A stretch of 64,000 bases of DNA from a virus. The stretch is from IMG/VR virus record IMGVR_UViG_3300008265_000001; one strand, written 5' to 3'. Shown here piece by piece: positions 45,660-54,772 of the stretch. Numbering within the stretch: position 1 is the first letter of the stretch; every line of letters begins with the position of its first letter. The position numbers and the translations under genes are program-made. The notes below the pieces were generated by a model. That model ran no database searches. It worked only from the letters and a program-made list of their open reading frames with translations, and had not been told where the DNA came from.

Positions 45660-46113
45660 TTCTTTTCTGCCTCTCTTTCAGTAATGTGCGTCGTGCTTCC
45701 CAGTGATTCATAATCCATCGGTATTTATCTGTAACGTCCTTCACGACACCTTTGAACACATAATAATGAACAAAAGGTAATTCAGATTTGGTAAACTCTT
45801 CAAGCCAATAAGGACTAGATTTGATTTTCAAGTCCATAGCCTTTTTGATTTTGGCTTGGAACTCTTCTTGTGGTACTTTTACTTGGGTTAACATCATCCC
45901 CAAATTCTTCGCATCAAAGCCTGACAAATGAAATAATTCAGAGGACTTTTCTTTGGTCGTTAAGTAATACCAGTATCCCTCTAAAGATTGGAATGTACCT
46001 TCAGGAAGTACAAGTTCATGTCTTGCAAAGTTCGTAAGAAATCTGCCAAGAGGAGTAGCACCTTTAGAATAGATATTAATGTGGGTCTTGCCGTCGAGTG
46101 TAGGGTCAATCAT
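45649..46113 (-). CDS. hypothetical protein, tandem paralog 1
   Basis: MIDPTLDGKTHINIYSKGATPLGRFLTNF...YRWIMNHWEARRTLL. The ATG at 46113 is preferred over the GTG at 46125. Confidence 0.65.
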   Translation of the reverse strand: MIDPTLDGKTHINIYSKGATPLGRFLTNFARHELVLPEGTFQSLEGYWYYLTTKEKSSELFHLSGFDAKNLGMMLTQVKVPQEEFQAKIKKAMDLKIKSSPYWLEEFTKSELPFVHYYVFKGVVKDVTDKYRWIMNHWEARRTLLKERQKRNGN

Positions 46114-46253
46114 GTTAGTAAGCACTTACAAATTAAATCACCAAAAGAATCGTAAATTTCGACAAAATCGCCTACGACTTGTGCGGTATTTTTATGTTTA
46201 GTACCAAAGTCAATTGATGCAGGTTTTTGAAGAATTATATTTCGGTCAGACAT
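46110..46253 (-). CDS. small hypothetical protein (47 aa)
   Basis: Hand-translated as MSDRNIILQKPASIDFGTKHKNTAQVVGDFVEIYDSFGDLICKCLLT. ATGA overlap with the next gene. Confidence 0.3.
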   Translation of the reverse strand: MSDRNIILQKPASIDFGTKHKNTAQVVGDFVEIYDSFGDLICKCLLT

Positions 46254-46304
46254 AATTCACCTTTTGGTGGAAGCGATAGTTGAAGAATGTCATATTGTCA
46301 CTAT

Positions 46305-46334
46305 AAATAAAAAGAGGGATAATAGCATCCCTCT
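46305..46334 (-). terminator. rho-independent terminator after the RNR beta gene
   Basis: The minus strand reads AGAGGGAT gctatt ATCCCTCT TTTTATTTAT. Confidence 0.65.
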
Positions 46335-46355
46335 CAAGTTGTAAATATAAAAATC

Positions 46356-47087
46356 TTAGACGTAGTTCGGTAAATTTTCGTTAGCTTGCTCGAAAAACGC
46401 TGGCATCCGAGATTTACGTGTTTCAACTAGCTCAGGGGCTACTCCACGATACAGTAGCGAATCACTTTGGCGAATCCAAAAATCCTTGCTAGCATGATTA
46501 AGGTTAGCTGCTGCGGTTACTTCACCAACCTTGTCCACCATCCAAGCGACAGTAGTTTTACGAAGACGGTCAAGATTAGCGGTTAAGTCGATACCCATAT
46601 CTTTGCAGAAAAGAGAATTGGTAACAACATGAATCTGTTCATCCATTGAGATGTCACTAGAAACGGTTCTAAGGGCGCTGTTACCTAGAAAACGTAGGAT
46701 AGGGAGCAGGACAAAAAATACAGAGCGCTCAAGCACCATAGCCTTGAGTACAGGATGTTCGGGAGCATTTACCCAAGCATTGACGATGGCGGCTGCTTCT
46801 TTGTCATAGTTCGGCAGTTTACCACCGAATGAGTCTGCGGCGAATTGCAGTGCTTGGTCATGGCGAATCTCGTCAACAATATTGCTTTCAAGAAGTTCGA
46901 GGCTATTTGCAGGGATTTCCTTCTTAGTAGCAGCTTCGATAAAGTTACCAACAGGGATTTCGAGCGCTCTTAGGGACAAGGCTCTGGCAAGTACATCTTC
47001 AGCCCCTTCCACTACGGGTTCATAAGTTGGGCGAACAGGTGTCCATTTGCGTTTTTTGGTGAGTAGGTCGGTGTAATTAGAAGTCAT
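46356..47087 (-). CDS. nrdB: ribonucleotide reductase small subunit-like ferritin-fold protein, very short (243 aa)
   Basis: Two ExxH motifs (VDEIRHD and MDEQIHV), MVLERSVFFVLLP in between, and a C-terminal ..NLPNYV. The ATG at 47087 lies 5 nt after the alpha stop. Confidence 0.7.
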   Translation of the reverse strand: MTSNYTDLLTKKRKWTPVRPTYEPVVEGAEDVLARALSLRALEIPVGNFIEAATKKEIPANSLELLESNIVDEIRHDQALQFAADSFGGKLPNYDKEAAAIVNAWVNAPEHPVLKAMVLERSVFFVLLPILRFLGNSALRTVSSDISMDEQIHVVTNSLFCKDMGIDLTANLDRLRKTTVAWMVDKVGEVTAAANLNHASKDFWIRQSDSLLYRGVAPELVETRKSRMPAFFEQANENLPNYV

Positions 47088-47091
47088 GGCG

Positions 47092-48801
47092 TTATTCCGA
47101 GCAAGATGTGCAGTGTGTACGAGAAGATTCAGCAGATGGTTCAAAACCGAATAGAGAAAAGTCAATAATTTCGCCACTAGGGACAGCAAAAGAACTTTTA
47201 TTTTGTGTGTCGGGCATTACTGGTAAAGAATAGTAAAGCGACTTGATTGGACTATCGAGGAAATCTTGGATGAATTGTTGGTCGGCATAAATTATGTCGC
47301 TCCACCAGTTCATGCTAATCGAGTGACCAAGACCTGTTGAGTCCATCAAGCGTTGGAAATAGCTGTTCAACTTAAAGAAGGTTTCCCAGCCTACTTCGGC
47401 AGCGATTTCAGTCTTGGGGTGATAGTCGTAGCTCTTGACACCAAAAGTAGCAGAGTCTCGTTCTACTAAACGATTGATTGGAGGTGCAATTTCGGGGGCA
47501 GTCGTGTATCCTTCACGGTCTACATAGTTATAAGAGCAAGTTGCCGTCGGTGCGATAGTGAATGCGCGTTCCATTCCATAAAGTTTTGCAATTTCAGCTC
47601 CTTGGTGATACCCCGATACAAGATTTTCAACAATTTTTAAAGCTTTGGCATTTACTGTTGGTTCATAGTATAGAAAGGAGTCAGAAAAGAAGTACTCAAA
47701 AGCTTCTACAAACTCTTTGTAACTTACCTCTTCAATAGCCAGTAGATTAGCCAAACCAAGGAAGCCGTAACCAATCTGACGGTCTTCTTCTGGTTTAAGG
47801 TAAATTCCAGAGTCGCCAACACCTGTAATTGCGTGAAGTTGGCATAGGATTTCTACACCTTCTTTCATTACTTGAGGAATCTCTTCGATGGTACAAGCGC
47901 CAAGATTTCCGTGCATTAACAAACACGTTGCTTTGTGTTTTATTGCGATTTCAAGGCAAACTTGCAGATAGATTCGTTCGCCCTTAGCGTCGTACAACTT
48001 CTTAACAAGCCAAACATCACCACCTTGCATTTTCTCGATTAAGTCAGCGAGAATTTCAGGATGAGAAGTAATGAGATGTTCATCAACATTGAGAGCGCGT
48101 TTTGCCCATGAGACTTGTTCGCGAGTCATGTTTAAAAACTCGGAAACGTATGGGTAGTCATAGTCGTAATGGAGTGTGATTGCACCATTTTTGAAGATGC
48201 CTCCACGACGAAGTACCTGATTTAGAGTGCTGTAGACACCAGAAAGAGTGGTCAGTGAAGTATCGGAAATGTAAGCGTATAGTGCAGAATAAATCGCCTT
48301 GAAGCTGCTTGCACCAGAAGCGGTCAATCCTTGTGGGTTAGTGGTTCCTTTTTTGCGTAGGCGGCTCAAATCGACGACAACAAATTTATCGCCAGAGTAG
48401 TTAAGGAACGCCAACCAAGAGTTCTCAATTGACAAAATATTATCTTTACCTTGTTCCATCGAATCAGCAACAGAAATTACATACTCGTATGATTTGGGGG
48501 GTGTAGTTAATTCTTCGTAAGAGGCATCATAATCACCAGAGCAGTTCTCACCCAGATAAACGCGCCAGCTAAACTTACGATTGATTGGAACGATATTTTC
48601 AGGTAAATGAATCGCCACACCTGCCGCATTGCGTAACGCCTTCGAGGTGAAAATGAAGCTTTCGTCGATGTTGTTGTCGTCGCACACAAACACTGTACAG
48701 CTAACTGGTAAGCGTGAGCCGCTATTCTTCATCCAGTCTTTGATTCTGCCTGTCACAGCCTGTTTTTCCCATGTCGGGAACTTAGTAATATCTAAAGTCA
48801 C
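47092..48801 (-). CDS. nrdA: ribonucleotide reductase large subunit, compact class I-like (569 aa, no ATP cone)
   Basis: DLSRLRKKGT...SGASSF, VLRRGGIFKNGA, YLQVCLEIAI (thiyl Cys/Glu loop), ATCLLMHGNLG, APTATCS, KSLYY and a C-terminal CTSC. Confidence 0.8.
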   Translation of the reverse strand: MTLDITKFPTWEKQAVTGRIKDWMKNSGSRLPVSCTVFVCDDNNIDESFIFTSKALRNAAGVAIHLPENIVPINRKFSWRVYLGENCSGDYDASYEELTTPPKSYEYVISVADSMEQGKDNILSIENSWLAFLNYSGDKFVVVDLSRLRKKGTTNPQGLTASGASSFKAIYSALYAYISDTSLTTLSGVYSTLNQVLRRGGIFKNGAITLHYDYDYPYVSEFLNMTREQVSWAKRALNVDEHLITSHPEILADLIEKMQGGDVWLVKKLYDAKGERIYLQVCLEIAIKHKATCLLMHGNLGACTIEEIPQVMKEGVEILCQLHAITGVGDSGIYLKPEEDRQIGYGFLGLANLLAIEEVSYKEFVEAFEYFFSDSFLYYEPTVNAKALKIVENLVSGYHQGAEIAKLYGMERAFTIAPTATCSYNYVDREGYTTAPEIAPPINRLVERDSATFGVKSYDYHPKTEIAAEVGWETFFKLNSYFQRLMDSTGLGHSISMNWWSDIIYADQQFIQDFLDSPIKSLYYSLPVMPDTQNKSSFAVPSGEIIDFSLFGFEPSAESSRTHCTSCSE

Positions 48802-48865
48802 GTTGGATTTTCTCGTTTTAAGTTTTACAATTCTAGCATCTAAGCTTTCTTTTCTGCAAGCATTT

Positions 48866-49531
48866 TTAGAATGCAGCTAGGTCGTACTTTTCCTCTAGCC
48901 AGTCGAGGTGAGACTCATTGGTACTAGCCTCAAGTGATGCACGTTTCATACTGTAAGTCCAGTTGTCGATTTGCTCAGGATGAATCTTGAAATAATTATC
49001 ATCAGAGCTAAAATAAGCGTAGTCAGGAAACTTAGAGCGAACCTTTTCAATATATGGGTCGTCGTCTTGATAGTTAGGATGTACGCGCACAATAGACTTG
49101 TTGTTAACACCAGCGTCAAATTCAGGAGTTGTGCTGATTGTTCGGTGCTTATACCATGTTAGAGATAAGTTGACAGCAAAGGAACTTAAAACCGAATCGT
49201 GCGTCTTTTGTCCCATCATCATTAGTTGAACGGGAATAGCAGTGTCTAGAGGCTCAAAAATCACCTTAGTTTCAGGAGACTTGCCGTAGCCTATACCTAC
49301 TTCACCAAAATCTTTGTATCCGTCCAACTTGAACCCAACGTCTATCAACAAATCGTAGATTGTCTTAGTACTTCTGCCACCAGCATAGAAATAAACATCA
49401 AGGTCAGTAGCTTCTCGTCCTAGATACCAATCGCGAGGCGCTCCACCAGCAATAATGGCGTGGCGGTCAATTTGCTCAATCATTGCGAGAACTTGGTCAG
49501 CGTAAGCTTGTTGCAGTTTAATAATCGACAT
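48866..49531 (-). CDS. pol-beta superfamily nucleotidyltransferase, CCA-adding/poly(A) polymerase head-like
   Basis: IIAGGAPRDWYLGREATDLDVYF matches the GG.(V/P)RD..LG....D.D head motif. At 221 aa it lacks the usual body and tail. Confidence 0.65.
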   Translation of the reverse strand: MSIIKLQQAYADQVLAMIEQIDRHAIIAGGAPRDWYLGREATDLDVYFYAGGRSTKTIYDLLIDVGFKLDGYKDFGEVGIGYGKSPETKVIFEPLDTAIPVQLMMMGQKTHDSVLSSFAVNLSLTWYKHRTISTTPEFDAGVNNKSIVRVHPNYQDDDPYIEKVRSKFPDYAYFSSDDNYFKIHPEQIDNWTYSMKRASLEASTNESHLDWLEEKYDLAAF

Positions 49532-49585
49532 GACGTTCTCCTTTTGTGTGTAATTAATGTAATTGAATGTGCGAGGCTAGGGCAA

Positions 49586-49813
49586 CTATCTTAGGGGTGA
49601 GATTGTAAACTCGTCTTGGATAATCTCTACAAATTGAGAGTAAGGTTTATTAAGAAAAAGCACTTCCTTGACAAACTTGAAGGCATCTTCATAAGAGTCA
49701 AAGTTTATAGGAAAAGAAAAACCTTCCCAGTCTGACTGTGATTCAATCGTCTTCCAGTAGTACCACCAAAGGAATTTACGCTGCTCTAAGACAGTCCAGT
49801 GAGTTTTAGCCAA
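49586..49813 (-). CDS. hypothetical protein (TTG start)
   Basis: Track ORF. Confidence 0.5.
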   Translation of the reverse strand: MAKTHWTVLEQRKFLWWYYWKTIESQSDWEGFSFPINFDSYEDAFKFVKEVLFLNKPYSQFVEIIQDEFTISPLR

Positions 49814-49865
49814 TTGACCATACTCGTCTCAATACTCGTTGCGAACAATGCGAAATAATTTCATG

Positions 49866-50072
49866 TTAGACCTCTTTTTTCAGTTGTAAGAACCAATTTT
49901 CAAGTATTTTGAACAGTTTGCGCTCTTGTTCAGGTGTCAACTGTGTTTTCGTCTCGATTTCAACGCGACTGTACGAGTAATTTGCATCTGGAGGAAACAG
50001 TCGAACGCCAATAGGTAGCCCGACTGTCGATTTTTGTGGTGTGCCGCGATATGAGCAGATAATTTTACTCAT
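49866..50072 (-). CDS. hypothetical protein (68 aa)
   Basis: Track ORF trimmed to the ATG at 50072, which overlaps the upstream stop. Confidence 0.5.
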   Translation of the reverse strand: MSKIICSYRGTPQKSTVGLPIGVRLFPPDANYSYSRVEIETKTQLTPEQERKLFKILENWFLQLKKEV

Positions 50073-50364
50073 TAGGCTTTGATTTACGAACTGAAGTTTT
50101 ACCGAGGATATATGCACCTTGAAATCCTTGCCCAAGAACCTCCCCAAGTTGCCTTACAAATTCAGGGTTTTGCAACATTTGGTGAATTTGAGGGGTATTT
50201 AGAATAGGAAGTACCTTGTTCTTGAAAAAGTCCCTAGCCATTTCACTAGCTACATAGTCTTGCTCAGAAATAGCTGAGGTGGAGGTTTTTACTTCGGCAA
50301 TACGCTTGCTAAGTACTGAAAAGTCGAGTTGGGATTCGGGCTGGTCGGGGGGTTCTGCTAGCAT
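50065..50364 (-). CDS. hypothetical protein
   Basis: Track ORF trimmed to the ATG at 50364 (MLAEPPDQ). Confidence 0.5.
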   Translation of the reverse strand: MLAEPPDQPESQLDFSVLSKRIAEVKTSTSAISEQDYVASEMARDFFKNKVLPILNTPQIHQMLQNPEFVRQLGEVLGQGFQGAYILGKTSVRKSKPNE

Positions 50365-50414
50365 GGGTTTGTAGGTAGTATAATTGTTGTAAATAATAAC
50401 ACAGAAAAGAGAAT

Positions 50415-50837
50415 ATGCAACACTTTGCAAACTTTGAGCTAAGCCCAGAGCAAAAAAGAACTGCTGATAGTCTGAACTACCTTAGACAAAATGACCCAGA
50501 AGAATTTAATAGGGTAAAAACTGCTGGGCAAGCCGTCAGAAAAAGAAATCAGAATGTAAATGTGCCGATTATCCAAAAACAAGTAGCTGCTGGCGGAGAT
50601 GCGAAGGAGTTGTTTGCAAATAACCGCCAAAACTACAATCAGACGTTTACGAAAGCTACTAATGCAAATCAAGCGGCTGGGGCTATGGGCAAAATTGGCA
50701 ACACAGCTAAGCGTTGGGGTGGTAAGGTTGCTGGGCTTGGAGGAGCCGCAGTTACAGCCTCGATGCTGCTTCCTATGGCATCTTCCCTGCTTCCTTTTGG
50801 TAAAGGTCAGACTAAAGAAGAAAACCAACCCTATTAG
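50415..50837 (+). CDS. hypothetical Q/N/A-rich protein with hydrophobic C-terminus
   Basis: Track ORF, the only plus-strand gene inside the minus-strand block. An antisense ORF of similar length also exists. Confidence 0.5.
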   Translation: MQHFANFELSPEQKRTADSLNYLRQNDPEEFNRVKTAGQAVRKRNQNVNVPIIQKQVAAGGDAKELFANNRQNYNQTFTKATNANQAAGAMGKIGNTAKRWGGKVAGLGGAAVTASMLLPMASSLLPFGKGQTKEENQPY

Positions 50838-50843
50838 ATTAAC

Positions 50844-52016
50844 CTAAGCCGAATAATCTGACATCTCTCTAATGACAGAAGAGATTAAATTTTGATTGTC
50901 AAAATAAAAACATTCAGACTTACCATCGAAAGTCTTTTTAGGAGTATATTTGTATTTCTTGAAGATTCGCTGAAGATGGTTCTCTAATTTAAATATTAGG
51001 CTAGGGTCGTCACTAGATATAACGTGGATAAGTTCGTATGCATAAGGCATATCGTTTTTAAAACGTCTCTTTATGGTGTTGTAAGTCCTCCCTACCTTAT
51101 AGAAGTTTTCTTCTTCGCCCGATAATTTTACAAAATATACTTTGTAACTATCGAAATATTTAGAGGATTTTGCATTTTTCTTCCAAGCTATTAATCCCCA
51201 ACCATGAGGGTTTTCATAGTTAGCTATATTAGTTTTATCTCTACCACAAACACTACAACCAGTACCTTGCAAATGACCACTTGGCAAGATTTTAAAGTCT
51301 CCGTGTTTAGGGCAGGTGACAGTTATCTTATCGGCTGCGGTTGTATAGATTAACTTATCGTAACTATAAAAGCTTGAGTGTTTTTCATTTGCCCTTTCTA
51401 TAAACTCTTGTCGCGTATATCTTTTCGCTTCCCCAACTCTCTCACCCCCACATTGGGGGCAACCATCTCCATCCAAATGCCCCATAGCAGATTGTAGAAA
51501 ATCTCCATGTTTAAGGCAAGTAATCTTACTTTTAGAGCCATAAAGAGTATATTCAAACCTATCGTAGCTATAAGTATTTCCGTGTATTTCTCTAGCCTTG
51601 TTTATAAAGTACAGGTTTTTATTGGTAGCACTTCTAAACGACGGGGAAGCTCCTCTTAGTATTGAGGCTGGCAACATTTCATGTAATCCATACTTATCTT
51701 TTAATGTTATTGGGCTATAAAGTCCTTTGCAATTAGACAAGAATTTATAGGGGAAGTTAGGGAATTTATTATATAAGCGTTTTAAAAATTCTTCGTGACT
51801 AACCCTACGTTTAGCTGCTGTCGCTTCGCAACCGCATTTATTACAACCCTCTCCCTGCATATGACCACTAGGCATCTGCTCAAATAAACCGTGAATCGGA
51901 CAAATTATTTTTACGGGAAAGGTACTAGATATGTACTCAGACAAAGAGTAGTCATATTTGTTACTATGACTTTTATTAGACCTCTCAATAAATGATGTGG
52001 TTGTTACTTTTGGCAT
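50844..52016 (-). CDS. putative homing endonuclease: three zinc-ribbon repeats plus C-terminal T5orf172/GIY-YIG-like domain
   Basis: Three copies of F(I/L).(R/K)..(K/E).H...Y.Y......(S/T)..KI...CP.HG.F.Q....H..G.GC..CG. The C-terminus reads YFVKLSGEEENFYKVGRTYNTIKRRF... Confidence 0.65.
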   Translation of the reverse strand: MPKVTTTSFIERSNKSHSNKYDYSLSEYISSTFPVKIICPIHGLFEQMPSGHMQGEGCNKCGCEATAAKRRVSHEEFLKRLYNKFPNFPYKFLSNCKGLYSPITLKDKYGLHEMLPASILRGASPSFRSATNKNLYFINKAREIHGNTYSYDRFEYTLYGSKSKITCLKHGDFLQSAMGHLDGDGCPQCGGERVGEAKRYTRQEFIERANEKHSSFYSYDKLIYTTAADKITVTCPKHGDFKILPSGHLQGTGCSVCGRDKTNIANYENPHGWGLIAWKKNAKSSKYFDSYKVYFVKLSGEEENFYKVGRTYNTIKRRFKNDMPYAYELIHVISSDDPSLIFKLENHLQRIFKKYKYTPKKTFDGKSECFYFDNQNLISSVIREMSDYSA

Positions 52017-52204
52017 ATTGGCAGTATTAGTTTTAGTAGCCTAGTTATACTAACATACAAATACGTCAGCATGATTTTACCAAACCTCATGAGCTTAATG
52101 CCCCAGAAGCCTCAACCTGAACAAGAACCTCCTTACTAAGCGCTTGGCTCCGTATCGTAGGGATATGGCTTCTTTTACAAAAACCTCTGAAGTTGTTTTC
52201 ATAC

Positions 52205-54772
52205 TTAGTGACATCCTGCCCATGAACGGGAAATTTTGAACTCAAAACCAAGATTGACTCTTAATTTTAAAGTTGATACTGATTTTGCAAGAGACTCAGT
52301 AATAGTTCTGGATATTACGCTAGGCATTGCCACGTAATAGCCACGTTTGCCTTTAGAGATAGGACTGATTTGCTCGCCTTGCCAAGAAGATACAAACTCT
52401 TCTGCAAGTTCTTTTGTTTCAAAATTACGAATTTCAACCATATTTTTAGTAATAGCAAGTTGGACTTCATCGTGCATTTCTATCATTGGACAGATTTCAG
52501 GCTTATTAACAAATGGGTCTGTGCAATACCCCTGCTCTTCAAAACTCTGCATCATGAATACAGTAGCATACTTAACAGAGATAACACCACCACTTTGAAA
52601 TAAGGCATTCAACAATGAATGTTTGCTTCGAGTCATAATTTTTCGCTTGTCCAAACCGAGAATATGTTGCTTTCCAGACTTCTCCCAGTAAGCCTCTAAT
52701 TTTTCTTTCAATGCCTTCAATGCTGGCATACCATTCCAGAAATCGTTATAGAGTTGTTGCGCTTTTTTCAAGCTAATTGATAGCATCTTTGCAAGTTTAG
52801 CTGGTTGCGCTCCGTATAGGCAAGCATAGCTAAAACTTTTAGCATCATCTCTACTAATTCCTAACTTCTTAGCGTTCAAAGAATGCAAATCATTTGGTTT
52901 TGCAGCTACCATTGCTTGAGCTAGTTCTTCTCCTCCTTGAAACGGTATTACATAGTGTCCAGATATACAATTTTCGAGGGAGTTTATATCGAAACCACCT
53001 TCCCAAAACTCGCTACCAGAGCCAAACAAGCCTCTAATAACTTCACCGTAAACACTTGATACTCTAGGTATATTGCAAACACCAATATGTTTGTATCGCG
53101 TTGTATTGCAGCCTATAGTAATGCAAGGGGTTGGTATTCTGCCATCTACCTCACGGAACTGAGCTAAGTATCCAGACGGAGGGCTTTCTTCATCGAAATC
53201 AAAATCCTCGGAGATGCCCCCCGCTATCGAATTTTTACGATGCTTATATGTCAAGTACAAAGCAAAATCTCCAGCAAAAGAAACAGCAGAACCCAACTTA
53301 GTTAAATTGGGGCAAAGCTCTTTTTCAACCCCTAAGCGCACCATCGGGCTTGTTGGGACTAAAACTGGTTTGTTTGATTTTATTTTCTCAGCCAGCACAG
53401 AAAAAAGACTATTCTCATCAAGCTCAAGAACTTCCAATCTCTGCTCTTTGTATTTACCATCTTCCAGAGTTTCTTTAACGTATCTTTGGAGCGCTGCAAG
53501 ACGTTTTTCATAAGGGATAGACTGTTTTTTAGAATCACAGATGAGATTTCTTTGTCTGTATTCGAGAGGATGCCAACCACACTCAATAAGGTAACTCTTC
53601 ACCCAATCTATATTATCGATATCAGCTTCAATATGAGTCTCTAGCGGCTCGTTATAGGGAAGAGGGTACATTTGCCCTTTATAAAATAAAATCCACTCTC
53701 CATCGATTTCATCAAGCGTTCCGTTAACTTTTTTAGCGAACTTCACCATAGATTCGGTAGGTTCAGTAAATTCTGGCACTAACGCCTCGTAATATGGCAA
53801 TTCATAGCACGTTGCATTGAACCAAAACGAAAAACTTCCTTCTTCATAGGCAATTTCTTCTTGGTTTTTTAGAAACTTTACAACCGCAGCCGACAATGTA
53901 CCATCTTTTTTCACCTGCACTTTAGGAAGATAGATAGCTTTGTGGGTTTTTAGCTGATTTGCTGGGGGGGTAACTTCCGCTAATTCGCCTTTATTACGAG
54001 GTTTGGGGGGTAATAGAGGATTAATGCTATCTGCAATCACCTTCATCTTTTCTTGTAAGTCTTGGACTGCTTCACGCGCTGCCTTTTCATCAAATGCAAA
54101 ACCAAAATGCTCTCTTCTAAGTGCCAAATCGCAAAGCTTCGATTCCATCTTAAAGGCTTGATGCCATCCTGAATACTCTAAATACTCAGACCACAAACGT
54201 TGAAACAGCTTGCAAGTGACTACAGTATCCTGAATACAATAATCGAGTAAAAGTGGTGTCCAGTTTAGGAATTGTTCACTTTTACCAGAATTTTTTTCAA
54301 TGTAACCTGCCTCAATGCAAGCACTTCTGTAGTCTTGCTTGTGTTCGCCAAGCCTCGCCCCCCAAGCTTCGAGCGAATGCCCCATTCCTTCAGGAGTATA
54401 GCGGTCAGGACTTAGCAAACGAGACAAGAGCAGTGTATCAACAATTTGGCAAGGCTGACCAAATACTTCATCGCTTTGGTCGAGGTATCCAATTCTATAG
54501 TCAAGAACACCAAATAGCTTCAGTGCTGGAAAGTCAAATGAGATGCCATTGTGAGCAACCAAGTGTGTGCAACCCTTGAGAACACCAGCAAGCCAATCCC
54601 TAGTAACACTTTCTTTTTCTGCACTCCAAGTCTCGCCTGTGTTCACATCACGCACAACAACACAGTGCAACTTCGCACTAGGCAGTAGTTTGTAAGGGAA
54701 GCTAGAATAGTCGAGCATCCCTGAGAGGAGGTTGTCAGTTTCAATATCCAGAACTAAAATTCTATCTGTCAC
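52205..54772 (-). CDS. family A DNA polymerase with 3'-5' exonuclease domain
   Basis: ExoI is VLDIETDN, ExoII is HNGISFDFP and ExoIII is YCIQDT. Pol motif A is DINSLE, motif B is RDDAKSFSYACLYG and motif C is MHDEVQ. GTG start abuts the upstream stop. Confidence 0.92.
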   Translation of the reverse strand: MTDRILVLDIETDNLLSGMLDYSSFPYKLLPSAKLHCVVVRDVNTGETWSAEKESVTRDWLAGVLKGCTHLVAHNGISFDFPALKLFGVLDYRIGYLDQSDEVFGQPCQIVDTLLLSRLLSPDRYTPEGMGHSLEAWGARLGEHKQDYRSACIEAGYIEKNSGKSEQFLNWTPLLLDYCIQDTVVTCKLFQRLWSEYLEYSGWHQAFKMESKLCDLALRREHFGFAFDEKAAREAVQDLQEKMKVIADSINPLLPPKPRNKGELAEVTPPANQLKTHKAIYLPKVQVKKDGTLSAAVVKFLKNQEEIAYEEGSFSFWFNATCYELPYYEALVPEFTEPTESMVKFAKKVNGTLDEIDGEWILFYKGQMYPLPYNEPLETHIEADIDNIDWVKSYLIECGWHPLEYRQRNLICDSKKQSIPYEKRLAALQRYVKETLEDGKYKEQRLEVLELDENSLFSVLAEKIKSNKPVLVPTSPMVRLGVEKELCPNLTKLGSAVSFAGDFALYLTYKHRKNSIAGGISEDFDFDEESPPSGYLAQFREVDGRIPTPCITIGCNTTRYKHIGVCNIPRVSSVYGEVIRGLFGSGSEFWEGGFDINSLENCISGHYVIPFQGGEELAQAMVAAKPNDLHSLNAKKLGISRDDAKSFSYACLYGAQPAKLAKMLSISLKKAQQLYNDFWNGMPALKALKEKLEAYWEKSGKQHILGLDKRKIMTRSKHSLLNALFQSGGVISVKYATVFMMQSFEEQGYCTDPFVNKPEICPMIEMHDEVQLAITKNMVEIRNFETKELAEEFVSSWQGEQISPISKGKRGYYVAMPSVISRTITESLAKSVSTLKLRVNLGFEFKISRSWAGCH

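Noticed and set aside
45165-46113. Idea that the tandem paralogs are NADAR (YbiA-like) ADP-ribose hydrolases, based on FL(S/T)(H/N)F...G.F.S.E.YW resembling LSNF...G..F.S.E..FQ.
   Set aside because: The resemblance is limited to a few residues. The downstream NADAR motifs are not visible, so it is not claimed.
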